64,000 bases of DNA from Anaeramoeba ignava BMAN (lineage: Eukaryota; Protista; Anaeramoebae). Where the stretch lies: assembly GCA_028826165.1 (NCBI GenBank), contig JAPDFW010000011.1:310001-374000 (forward strand), in the 5' to 3' direction. The position numbers and the translations under genes were made by a program. The notes beneath the pieces are model-generated. The model saw only the letters and a program-made list of their open reading frames with translations, did not search any database and was not told where the DNA came from. This document shows positions 11,968-25,389 of the stretch, in pieces (position 1 is the stretch's first letter; the number at the start of each line of letters is the position of its first letter).

Positions 11968-14797
11968 TTAACAACATTTCTTTTTTTTAATTGTTGTTCC
12001 TGTTGTAACACTAACTGTTTTTTCTTGTGTTTTTGAATCATCATCCCAAGTTGATAAAGATTTAAGAATTTCTCCAGCAAGAATTTGAAAAGCTTCTTCA
12101 ATATTTGTTGAATTTTTTGCACTTGTTTCAAGAAATGGAATTCGATATTTCTCTGAAAAAGCCTTTTTTTTTTTTAAACCAATATTAATTTTAAATTTAA
12201 TTTCGATTTAGATTTTAAATTTAATTTTAATTTTGATTTTAATTTTAATTTTAATTTTAATTTTAATATTAATTTTGATTTTAATTTTAATTTTTTAATT
12301 TTAAATTTAATTTCGAAATAAATTTTAATTTTAATTTTAATTTTAATTTTAATTTCGAAATGAATTTTAATTTTAATTACTTTTGCTTCTTCTGTTTTAA
12401 CTACTCGTTTTTCAACTAAATCAGCTTTATTTCCAACAAGTAAAATTTTTGCTTTTGTTTCTCCATATTGTTCCACTTCTTTTAACCAAGTTGGAACACT
12501 TTCAAAACTATCTCTATTTGTTAAATCATAAACAATAATAATTCCATGACATCCTCTTTTATTTTTTTTTATTTGAATTTTTAAATGTTTAAATTTTGAA
12601 TTTTTTCAATTTTAAAAATAAATATCAACCTGTAATAAGTTCTTGTAATTGTTCTAAATCTTTCTTGACCTAAAAAATTTTTGAATCAATTAAATTTGGA
12701 ATTATATTTGTAATTAAATTTGAAATTAGAATTAAAATTAAATTTGTAATTAAATTTGAAATTAAATTTGTAATTAAATTTGAAATTAAATTTGTAATTA
12801 AATTTGAAATTAAATTTGTAATTAAATTTGTAATTAAATTTGTAATTAAATTTGAAATTAAATTTGTAATTAAATTTGAAATTAAATTTGTAATTAAATT
12901 TGAAATTAAATTTGTAATTAAATTTGTAATTAAATTTGTAATTAAATTTGTAATTAAATTTGTAATTAAATTTGAAATTAAATTTGTAATTAAATTTGAA
13001 ATTAAATTTGTAATTAAATTTGTAATTAAATTTGTAATTAAAATTGTAATTAAATTTGTAATTAAAATTGTAATTAAATTTGTAATTAAATTTGTAATTA
13101 AATTAAATTTGTAATTAAATTTTAATTAAAAATTAAATTGTAATTAAATTTGTAATTAAATTTGTAATTAAATTTGTAATTAAATTTAAAATTAAATTTG
13201 AAATTAAATTTGTAATTAAATTTGTAATTAAATTTGTAATTAAATTTGTAATTAAATTTGTAATTAAATTTTAAAATTAAATTTGTAATTAAATTTGTAA
13301 TTAAATTTGAAATTAAATTTGTAATTAAATTTGAAATTAAATTTGAAATTAAATTTGTAATTAAATTTTAATTAAATTTGAAATTAAATTTGTAATTAAA
13401 TTTGAAATTAAATTTGAAATTAAATTTGAAATTAAATTTGAAATTTGTATATCAATTAAATTTGAAATTATATTTGAAATTATATTTGAAATTATATTTG
13501 AAATTAAATTTGTAATTAAAAATTAAATTTGTAATTAAATTTAATTAAATTTGTAATTAAATTTGTAATTAAATTTGAAATTAAATTTGTAATTAAATTT
13601 GTAATTAAATTTGAAATTAAATTTGAAATTAAATTTGAAATTAAATTTGTAATTAAATTTGTAATTAAATTTAAATTAAATTTGTAATTAAAATTGTGAA
13701 ATTAAATTTGTAATTAAATTTGAAATTAAATTTGAAATTAAATTTGAAATTAAATTTTGAAATTAAATTTGAAATTAAATTTGAAATTAAATTTGTAATT
13801 AAATTTGAAATTAAATTTTGAAAATTAAATTTGTAATTTGAAATTAAAATTAAATTTAAATTAAATTTGTAAATTAAATTTGAAATTAAATTTGAAATTA
13901 AAATTGAAATTAAATTTGTAATTAAATTTGTAATTAAATTTGAAATTAAATTTGTAATTAAATTTGAAATTAAATTTGTAATTAAATTTGTAATTAAATT
14001 TGAAATTAAATTTGTAATTAAATTTGTAATTAAATTTGAAATTAAATTTGTAATTAAATTTGAAATTAAAATTGTAATTAAATTTGTAATTAAATTTGTA
14101 ATTAAATTTGTAATTAAATTTGTAATTAAATTTGTAATTAAATTTGTAATTAAATTTGTAATTAAATTTGTAATTAAATTTGTAATTAAATTTGTAATTA
14201 AATTTGTAATTAAAATTGAAATTAAATTTGTAATTAAAATTGAAATTAAATACCAGCAGTATCCCACTAAATAAAAATTAAAATAAAAATTAAAATAAAA
14301 ATTAAAATTAAAAAAATTAAAATTAAAATTTAAATTAAGATCTAAATTAAATAACTTACAATTTGCATTTTAACATGTTTTCCTTCTCTTTCAATTGTTC
14401 TAATTTTCTTTTTATTTTATTTTAAAAAAAATATATAAATTTTTATTAAATTAATTAAAATTAATATTTAACTTACAAAATCAACTCCAATTGTTGAAAG
14501 ATAAACTTCTGAAAATGTATCATCCTATTTATTTTATTTATTTAATTCATTTTGAATTTGAATTTGAATTTTATTTTGAATTTGATTTTATTTATTTTAT
14601 ATAAAGAAAAAAGATTAAAAACAAACAGTAAATCTAAGCAAAATGCAACTTTTTCCAACATCTATTTTAAAATTATTTAAAAAACGTTTTATATTTTTAT
14701 TATTTTTATTTTTATTATTTTTATTTTTATTTTTTTTACTAAAATTCCCAACTAATAAAATCTTAAATAAATAATCATGTCCATCAAATTCAGTCAT
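11968..14797 (-). CDS. Rab GTPase, Rab1/Ypt1-like
   Basis: 8 exons give DYLFKILLVGNFNVGKSCILLRF, TIGVDF|KIRT, WDTAG|QERFRTIT, GNKADL, FLETSAK and C-terminal KKKKCC*. Confidence 0.93.
12670..14253. repeat. Rab intron filled with 12-bp repeat (TAATTAAATTTG / AAATTAAATTTG)
   Basis: ~1.55 kb array running almost from donor to acceptor. Confidence 0.95.
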
Positions 14798-14978
14798 TTT
14801 TATTGTTTTTGATTTTGATTTTTGTTGTTTTTGTTTTTGTTTTTGTTTTTGTTTTTGTTTTTAAAATTATAAGAAAAAAAAAAAGGAAAAAAAGGAAAAA
14901 GCAAAAATATAAAAAAATAATAAAAATAAAAATAAAAAAATGAAAATAAAAAATGAAAAAAAATGTTTTGTTTTTAAA

Positions 14979-15660
14979 TTAATTCTTTTTTAAATCAAAA
15001 AAATTATTAAATTCTGGAAAAGAAAGATGAAAAAAAGAAAAGATTTTTTCTCGAATTTCTTGTTTTGTTTCTAAATTATAAATAGAATTTAAAATTTTTG
15101 TAAAATTAAATAAAGTTGTCATTTTTTGGATTGAATTAAAAATATCATCCAAAGAAACAAATTCTTCTTTCAATTCAATTAATTCAATCATTATTTTTAT
15201 GAATCTATTTGTTATTTGTGTTAGACCTTGAAATGAATCAAATCCATGAATACATAATTTTACAAAAAAATTGAACCATTTTTCATCCGATAAAGAAAGT
15301 TGTTTAAAAATTGAAGTTAAATTTTGTAAATTAATATCTCTTGCGATTGAATGTTCAAAGAAGGGTATTTCATTTTGCAAAATTGAATAAAGATTTTCTT
15401 GTTGATGTCGATTATTTATTGCAAGATTTCGAACATAATAATAAAGAATATCAATTGAATTGAATGCATTTTTAATTCTAACTTCTGAATTATCAATCAT
15501 TCCAAAAATATTTGAAATATTTAATGAGTTTATAAATAAATTACTAAAATTCTGGTCTTTCATTTTAATAAAGAAAATTAAAAGTTCAGTCATTCGAATT
15601 TTTCTTTCATCTTCTAAATTATTAAACTAAAAAAATTATAAAAGGATTTTTTAATTAAAA

Positions 15661-15694
<34 letters not shown>

Positions 15695-18600
15695 GGATTA
15701 TTTAGAAATATTATTTTTTAATTTGTTACCAAATTAATGCAATATTTAATCAAATTTTCTACATTGATTATTCTTTTTTGTAATTCATTTTGAGCTGAAT
15801 TTTTTATGGTGTTTTGGTTGTTATTTGTTTCATATTCTTCAATACTTAAAGATGTTGCTTTTTTAATCAAATCCACATATTTCAGATGAATTTCAATTGA
15901 TTTATGAAATATAAAGTCAGAAATCCAAGAACAATTTTCGTTAATATTTTCTGAAATGAACCAATCACAAAATTTTTGGGATCTGAATTTGTCATCAATA
16001 TAATTAAATATTTTCTCAAACACATTTTCAATTTGTGATATTTTAGATAGAGAATTTAGTAAAAAACATGATTGTAATTGAATATCATCGAAATTTTGAT
16101 TAAATTGAGAGGCTTCATTTAACAAATAAATATAAAACTGCTGAAGAACATTTTCAATCATATTCTTATTTGAAATTTTTTCATCTGGAATATTATTTTC
16201 ATTTTCAATTATATTTTCATTTGAAATATTATTTTCATTTTCAATTATATTTTCATTTGAAATATTATTTTCATTTGAAATATCTTTGAAAATCTTTTCA
16301 TAAAATAAAACATAAGCACTCTTCTCCATTTTATATCCAAATGATATCTCAGGAATTTCCTTCTGCTTAATAAATTGTATCTTTTCATCACTAATCTTAA
16401 CCCAATCATCACTTTTTTGATCACCTATTTTAATTAAAGAAATATAATGACCGTTTGAAATTGTGCCATGATGATTTATAATCCCAATTAATTTATAATC
16501 CTCTTTTTTAATGTTTTTCTTCTTGAAATTAGTTAAACTAAGAAGAAAAGGAAATTCAAAAATTGAATTCAATTTCACTGAATCATTTGTTTTTCGATCT
16601 GAAACAAAACGCTTTAAATGTATAATAAGAATATTTGGGAAATTTTGGATATTTTCATATCTAAGTGCATTAACTTTGATTCCACAAGATTCACAAAAAT
16701 ATTGATTTTCATTGATAAATAAATTTCTATCAAAATAATCATTAAATGCCTGCTGCATGTTCTGATTTCCTTGAATGTTCAAAGATAACAATGAAAATAA
16801 TTCTGATTTATGTGATTTGTGTCCATTTCGAAGACACTTAATGTTTTGTTGAAGTTTGCCAAAGAATATTTTTTCCAATAAATATTTCCGGTCAGTATTT
16901 ATTAATATTTTTTGTATTTCTTCAAAAATTAAATGAAGACATTCACTTGCATCTTGTTGATTTGATAATTTCAAATAGTTATTTTGTTTAAAATCTAATA
17001 AACAGGAAATATTATGAGCATCACAAGATTGATTTGATTTAGTATTTAAAAGTTTTTGAAATAATTTTTTTAGTTCATATATAAAATCAGCTTCAGAATA
17101 ATAAAAATAATAATAAAAATAATAATAAAAATAATAAAAATAAAAATAAATTGAATTAATTTTTGATTTTTGATTTTGATTTTGATTTTTTTTAGAAGGT
17201 TTGATTACTTTTTTCATTTGGTTTCTCGTATTTTAAAATTTCATCTCGAAATGATTTAATAAAGAATAGTTGTTGAATAACAGAATTTAAATAACAATTT
17301 TCCTTAAGATTATTTAATCCAACAATTTTAATTTTCTCTTTTAAATTAATTTTCTCTTTTAAATTAATTTTCTCTTTTAAATTAATTTTCTCTTTTAAAT
17401 TAATTTTCTCTTTTAAATTAATTTTCTCTTTTAAATTAATTTTCTCTTTTAAATTAATTTTCTGTTTTAAATTAATTTTCTGTTTTAAATTAATTTTCTC
17501 TTTTAAAATTTTCTCTCTGAAATTAATTTTCTGTTTTAAATAAATTTTCTCTTTTTTTTCATTTTCATTTTGATTTTTGATTTTGATTTTGATTTTGATT
17601 TTCATTTTGATTTTCATTTTCATTTTCATTTTCATTTTGATTTTGATTTTCATTTTCATTTTGATTTTCATTTTGAATTTGAATTTCATTTTGTTTTTCA
17701 TTTTGTTGTTTTGAAATGATAAATTTTGGATCAAATGTTTCTGAAATTCTATCTAAAAATTGATTTTGAAATTCTTGTCTTGAAAGAATTATTTCAAGAG
17801 AAACAATTTTAATTTGATTTGAAAAAGAAAGATTCAAATTATGATTTTGAATCATGATTTGAATTAAAAGTTGAAAAGTTTCAAAATTAATTATTGAATG
17901 CAAATTATTAAGTGAAATTGATTTTTCAAAGCGAAGTAAAATGAATACAATTTTGAGAAATAAAATATTAAACGAAATATTTTCATTGAAAACTTGATTT
18001 TTGGCTAAGCGATTAAGAAAAGGAATCCCAATAAAATGATCTGAATATTTCTTTTTTTGTTGAATCAATTCTTTTGATAAACTGCTTGGTTGCAAAGTAA
18101 ACAATTGAAAAAATATTTTGTAGTATCTTTCTGTTGAAATTTTTTGATCACCATTTTCAATTTTTTGCATAAAATCAGATAATTGAATAAAGAGTGTTTT
18201 TTGAAATTCATGTTTATAAAAAAAGTATTCAAAATAAAGAAGTATTGAAAGGAGAATTTCAGCAATTTTCTCAGAACCAATTGTCAAAATTGCATTTAAA
18301 ATGATGTTTGTGGGTTTATATTCAGGATTTTTTGAATATTTTTTTGTGAAATCATTTGATTCAGATCTTTCATCAGCTTTGAAATCTTGTGAAATATTGA
18401 GAAACATATCTTGCCAATAATCCAGTTTGTCATTATGACTGAAAAAGAATAGAAACATTTTTTTTATTGATTCATAAAAAGAATTAAATGTTCTATTTTT
18501 TGAATTATGCATTTCAGGATAGAAATCCAGCAACTTGATGATTAACTCCATTAAAGATTGAATAAAGGGATGTATTTCATTTAAATCAAAAAAGAATTTG

Positions 18601-21600
18601 GTTTGACTTGTTGATATTGTTTTAAAGATTTCCTGGAAAATTAGAAACGGATTCAGAACAAATATTAGTTGTCTAAGAATTAAATCAAAAAAATAAATCA
18701 TTTTTTCCAACTGATAAATTTGAATTTTTGTTTGCGTAATATTTTGAGAATAGTGGGAAAACAACTTCATAAATTGAATCATTTTGTTTGAGTTGTTTTT
18801 TTCATTATTGAAATTATTTGTTATCCAAGATTCATTATGGAAAATATAGGCATTAATTTTCTCTATAACATTGGGATTATATGAAATTGAATTGATTCTT
18901 AAATGGTTATTTTCGAAAATATTTCCATCCTTTTTATATTGAAAGGAGCAAATATTAATTGCCTGTATAATGTAAATAAGTTGATAAATATTTGATTTTT
19001 TTTTAAAAAAGTCATTCAAAACTGGAATAGTGAATGAATCTTTGAGAGCATCTCCTTGAGTTTCGGAATTTATTTGATTTTTATTCTCATTTTCATTTTC
19101 ATTTTGATAAAAGCGATTTGGATTAAATAGAGGAACATCAGTAGAATAATCTATTTTTTTGAAAATGGAATAAAAAGATGGAAGTTGTTGAATCAATAAA
19201 AAAACTTCTTCCGCAACTTCAGGATAATCAAGTAAGTTGAAGAAAATTTCAAAATTTTTTGGGAAAGACAAATATCTTGCAGTAAATCTTTTCATTTCAA
19301 AAGAATCTTCTTTCATTCTGCACATTTGAGGACCAACAGCACACTTATTTTTGTCCAATAAAAACAAAATGAAAAGAAAATTAAGTTAAATAAACGAATA
19401 TTAATATGAATCATAATTTTTGTTGTTTTGTTTTGTTTTGTTTTCATACAAATTTTTGGAAACTAAAACTTTTTTGCTGATTTTGTTTTGAATCATTCAA
19501 ATTTTTTATATCATCCAAATTTTTGATATTGTTTAAATTGCTTATATTATTTGAATTTTTGATATTATTTGAGTTATTTATATTATTTGAATTTTTGATA
19601 CTGTCTGAATTGTTGGCTTGATCAAGAATAAAAAATGTAACTAAACCATCTTCTTCGTTTGCTAAGGAATCAATTCTGTTTAAATTTTGGTTTGAAGGAA
19701 TTGGATCTTTTTGATAAATTTCAAAAGAGTTTAATTTTCTTCTTGATTCAAAAGCAATAATTTGAGCAATTGTGGAAATTGTTAAATGATCAAGAGCAAG
19801 AAAACTAAATTCATGAGGTTTTTTCACAAGAATCTTAATTGGACGAAATTTCGAAATTCGTTTCTCGTGAGCTTTTAATTCTTCATATGGAAAATTTTGG
19901 GATTCAATTTTATCAGATTCAATGATAATTTGAGAAAGTAATTGGATGTTTCTTTTGACAAAATGGAAATTTGAAAAATATTCTGAAACAATATTTCCTT
20001 TGTGTGGAAGTTTGAGGAGAATATCCTGTAAAATTGAAACTTTGTCTTGAGAATTCATTTTAGCAGAAATTTGAGAATAAAACAAAATGGCATTTTGACT
20101 AATTTCTTCATTTTCTGTTTTTTCGATAATTGCTTGTATTTTTGCTAATCCAATTAGTTGATTTGTGCTAATTTTGATAATTGAATCTATTATTGGATCT
20201 GAATATTGAAGAATATGAAACTGGTTTGAACTGATCATTTTATTTTCATTTTGATTTACCAAAAGAAAGACTTTTTTGAATAATTTAAAAAATTGGTTTG
20301 TGATCATTTTTTCATCGACTAAATTCAAAATATCAGTCAAGAAAAAAGCAAGAAATTTTTTGGATGTGAAAATTGTATTTGGGATATTTTGTTTTGAATA
20401 ATATTCAAGGGGAGTTTTATGATAACTCTCATAATCATCTTGTGTATTTTTTTCATATCCAACTAAACTTTGAATCCATTTTATTAATTCTTCTTGATTT
20501 TTTCCTTTAAAATTCATTATAATTTTCCAAAGTTCTTGAATAAATTGAAAATTCACATCAAATTTTAATAATAAATGATTGATAATTTGAATCCATTCTG
20601 ATAAATTTTTGTGAATTTCTAAAAGAAAGAATAAGAAGAATATTAAGAATAAAAAAAAGCATTTAATTAATTAATTGATTAATTGTTTTTTTTTTTCAAG
20701 AATGAAAACCTATTTCCGATATTTGATCATCAGTTGAAAAATCTTCAAAATTTTGAAGTAAATGAGAATATAATTGGTATTTCTTATTGAGTTTTAAAGG
20801 TTGTGCAACCATTGATTTCTTTTCAGAATAATGACTTTTAAGTAAAATCATTTCATTCAATAATTTCAATGAAGAAACGGGAAACTGTTTGCTTTCAATA
20901 TTTTTAAGACATTTGAACATGAAAAAATGATAGAAAAAATTTGATTTATCGTGAAGAATTGCTGAATGAAAAAGATTGATTGATGGAAGATTTGAATTTA
21001 TTTTGAATTGGAAATGAATAGGATCCCATATCAAAGATAGTCCAAAAAGTGGTAAATCTTGAAAATCACCAGTAAAAGATTCATAATCTAAAAGCTTCTT
21101 TTTATATTCAGAAAGAATAAGAGTTGAATTTTCATTTCTTAAAATTTGAAGTGTGATTTTGATCCAAATTTTTTGTAAACTTTCTGGCGGTGAATAAATA
21201 TTTTGCTTTTCGGTTTGATGGAACAAATTAATAAACATTTCAACTACATTTTTTCCTCCATGATTTGCAATGAAATAGAGGCAATGCTTTAAGCCTTTTT
21301 TTGTTCTTTTTTGATCTGGATTTCGGAATATTCTGAAGAAATATTTCCATAAATTTTCTAAGATTGTTAATATTTTGGAATGGTCTATTAAAATGGGTAG
21401 TATTTTGAGTAGATATTTTGATATTTCTTCATGTAAAAAAGTATCTGTTTTTTCCAGCAAATGGAAAAGTTTTGTGAAATTTTTACGAAACATTGAAGTT
21501 AAAAAATTGTTGTTTATATTCTTGGAATCATTTTTTGGTTGATTTGAACAAGTAGATAAAATTTTAATTATTTCATTCAGATTATATAATGCAAAAAGAA

Positions 21601-22727
21601 TAGAATCTGGATTTATGATCTGGATATAATAATTGAAAATTTCATTATATTTTTGAATAAGTAATGTTTGTGGTTGATCTTTTGGATAATGTTTAGCAAT
21701 TTCTTGAAAAATTGTAACGAATTTTTCCTTTCAAAATTTTTATCTTTTTTAAATTTATCAAATAATTTAAATAAGGTTATTGCAATTTGATTCCAATAAT
21801 AATCATAAAATGGAGGGAAAATATGGTATTTTATCTAAAAACCAAGATTTTTTTTTTAATAAAAAAGAAAAAAATTTCCAAGTTTTGTTTTAAATAGAAG
21901 ATTGATTACTAAATCAAGAAAACTAAGTGCAAATTGTATTTTTTTTAATTGAAATTTTGCGAAATATTGTTGTAATAATTTTAAAAATTGAGAGAATCCA
22001 TAGTATTCACCAAAATATTGGATGTTGAAAACTTTAAGAAGGAAATGTTTTGAGTTTCTTGTCTATTAAATTTTAATTTTTAAATTTTAATTTTTAATTT
22101 TAATTTTAATTTGAATTTGAATTTTAATTTTAATTTTAATTTTAATTTTTAATTTTTAATTTTAATTTTAATTTTAATTTTAATTTTAATTTGAATTTAA
22201 ATTTTATATTGAATTTTAATTTGAATTTGAATTTGAATTTGAATTTAAAAATCTACTTCAAGCCAAGAAAATCTTTTATTTTTTCTTTTCCCATTAAATT
22301 TTTCTTGAGCAAATTCATGAATTGTACTTGAATAAATATTTTTTTTAGAAAAAGATAAATTCATAATTTTAAGATCAGGAATTTGTTTATTTCTAAGTGA
22401 ATAAGATTTTCTTAAATTTCGATAATCTTTATTTGAAAGAAATGAATCAACATCTTCAAATTTATAAGAATCATCTTGAAAAATAATTTTCAATCCAGTT
22501 AAAGAAGTTAACGAATTTATAGGTAAATTTGTAATATATATATCAATTAAAAGAATAAAAATTTCTTGTAAAGTTGAAAAAAGAAAATTTCTAAATTTCA
22601 ATTTGAAATCCAATTAAAATTCATTTTTTAATTAAAGTTTGAATTATAAATTTTTAAGATATAAACCTTTCTGGTAGATTTAAAATAAAAAAAGGTAAAG
22701 TTTCTTTTGTAAAAAAATGGAATTCAT
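14979..22727 (-). CDS. Large ubiquitin-specific protease (C19 family, USP9/24/34-like architecture)
   Basis: Cys box VGLNNLKENCYLNSVIQQLF, QQDASE, ILIIHLKRF, His box GIINHHGTISNGHYISLI, WVKISDE, SAYVLFYEK. Long helical N-terminus spread over several exons (introns e.g. 17091-17208, 19344-19449). Probable indel errors near 17575 and 22715, so the 5' end is uncertain. Confidence 0.82.
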
Positions 22728-23000
22728 ATAAAGAAAAACTTGAGAATTTTTGAAAATTTTCAATAAAAATTGAATAAAATTCTTTTTGATTTGATTCTTT
22801 TTTTTTTTTTAATAAAGAAATTAATTTAAAAAATTGAAATTGTTTTGTTTTTGATTTTTACTCATTAATTTTTTTAAATCATTTAAAATTTTCCAATTTC
22901 CTTTATTAAAATCAATTTGTTCCCAAATAATTTTATTAGACATTTATTAAATAAAGAAAAAAATGAAAAAAAAAATGAAAATGAAAATGAAAAAAATATA

Positions 23001-23081
23001 TGACAGTAGTGGGATTCGAACCCACGTCCTAAATGGAACCGTACCTGAAACGATCGCCTTAGACCACTCGGCCATACTGTC
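23001..23081 (-). tRNA. tRNA-Leu (anticodon CAG), no intron
   Basis: GACAGTA acceptor stem pairs with TACTGTC, discriminator A. D arm GCCGAGTGGTCTAAGGC; anticodon arm ATCGT-TTCAGGT-ACGGT; long variable arm TCC-ATTTA-GGA; T arm GTGGG-TTCGAAT-CCCAC. Confidence 0.95.
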
Positions 23082-23149
23082 AAATTTAAATTTAATTTTT
23101 TAATTAAAATTTTAAATCAAAAAAATTTTTAAAATTTTCTTCTTTTATA

Positions 23150-25255
23150 TATAAATTAAAATATTTAATTAAATTTATATCATTATTTTTAATTATTTTA
23201 TATTAATATTTATAATTATTTTTATTTATAAATTAAATTTAAAAATATTTAATGAAATAAAATAAATAATTTATTAATAAAATAATTATAAAATATTAAT
23301 TAAAATATTTAATTAATTTTATATTATTATTTTTAATTATTTTATATTATTATTTATAATTATTTTTTTTTATAAATTATATTTAAATTTAAAAATAATT
23401 AAAATATTTATAAATAAAAATTAAATAAATTTATAAAATAAAATAATTATAAAATATTAATTAAAATATTTAATTAATTTTTATATTATTATTTTTAATT
23501 TTTTTTATATTAATATTTTTAATTATTTTTATTTATAAATTAAATTTAAAAATATTTAATAATATAAAATAAATAATTTATTAATAAAATAATTATAAAA
23601 TATTAATTAAAATATTTAATTAATTTTATATTATTATTTTTAATTATTTTATATTAATATTTATAATTATTTTTATTTATAAATTAAATTTAAAAATATT
23701 TAATAAAAATAAAATTAATAATTTATTAATAAAATAATTATAAAATATTAATTAAAATATTTAATTAAATTTATATCAATATTTTTAATTATTTTATATT
23801 AATATTTTTAATTATTTTTTATTTATAAATTAATTTTAAAAATATTTAATGAAATAAAATTAATAATTTATTAATAAAATATTTATAAAATATTAATTAA
23901 AAATATTTAATTAAATTTATATTATTATTTTTAATTATTTTATATTATTATTTATAATTATTTTTATTTATAAATTAAATTTAAAAATATTTAATGAAAT
24001 AAAATTAATAATTTATTAATAAAATAATTATAAAATATTAATTAAAATATTTAATTAATTTTATATTATTATTTTTAATTATTTTATATTATTATTTTTA
24101 ATTATTTTTATTTATAAATTAAATTTAAAAATATTTAATGATATATAATAAATAATTTATTAATAAAATATTTATAAATTATTAATTAAAATATTTAATT
24201 AATTTTATATCATTATTTTTAATTATTTTATATTAATATTTATAATTATTTTTATTTATAAATTAAATTTAAAAATATTTAATGATATAAAATTAATAAT
24301 TTATTAATAAAATAATTATAAAATATTAATTAAAAAATATTTAATTAAATTTATATTATTATTTTTTAATTATTTTTATATTAATATTTATAATTATTTT
24401 TATTTATAAATTAAATTTAAAAATATTTAATGATATAAAATTAATAATTTATTAATAAAATAATTATAAAATAATAATTAAAATATTTAATTAAATTTAT
24501 ATTATTATTTTTAATTATTTTATATTATTATTTATAATTATTTTTATTTATAAATTAAATTTAAAAATATTTAATGAAATAAAATAAATAATTTATTAAT
24601 AATTTAATTATAAAATATAAATTAAAATATTTAATTAAATTTATATTATTATTTTTTAATTATTTTTATATTAATATTTTTTAATTATTTTTATTTATAA
24701 ATTAAATTTAAAAATATTTAATGAAATAAAATAAATAATTTAATTTATTAATAAAATAAATTAAAATAATAATTAAAATATTTAATTAATTTTATATTAA
24801 TATTTTTATTTATTTTATATTATTATTTATAATTATTTTTATTTATAAATTAAATTTAAAAATATTTAATGATATAAAATTAATAATTTATTAATAAAAT
24901 AATTATAAAAATATTAATTAAAATATTTAATTAAATTTTATATTATTATTTTTAATTATTTTATATTATTATTTATAATTATTTTTATTTATAAATTAAA
25001 TTTAAAAATATTTAATGATATATAATAAATAATTTATTAATAAAATATTTATAAATTATTAATTAAAATATTTAATTAAATTTATATTATTATTTTTAAT
25101 TATTTTATATTATTATTTTTAATTATTTTTATTTACAAATTAAATTTAAAAATATTTAATGAAATAAAATAAATAATTTATTAATAAAATAATTATAAAA
25201 TATTAATTAAAATATTTAATTAATTTTATATTATTATTTTTAATTATTTTTAATA
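23150..25255. repeat. ~143-148 bp AT-only tandem satellite, ~14 copies, with internal inverted repeat
   Basis: Marker aatga(a/t)at recurs near 23251, 23848, 23994, 24137, 24281, 24429, 24573, 24720, 24868, 25014, 25158. Confidence 0.88.
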
Positions 25256-25389
25256 AGAAATTATTTTTAAAAATGTGTGTCAAAGTCAAATATAAATAAT
25301 TTTAATTCTATTTTTGTTTTTTATTAAAATTTAAAAAAAAAAATTTTTTTTTTCATTTCATTTTTTTTTTGGTTTTTTGGATAATTGAA

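Noticed and set aside
17091-17217. Apparent frameshift between USP ORFs 17192..17734 and 15718..17217
   Set aside because: Explained by a phase-1 GT-AG intron at 17091-17208.
23040-23056. TCA within the tRNA anticodon loop suggesting tRNA-Sec or an opal suppressor
   Set aside because: The 5-bp stem and 7-nt loop TTCAGGT centre CAG. The 7-bp acceptor stem, Leu-type D arm and A discriminator all indicate ordinary tRNA-Leu.
22883-23083. 66-aa ORF MTVWPSGLRR...
   Set aside because: It is the translated tRNA-Leu sequence.
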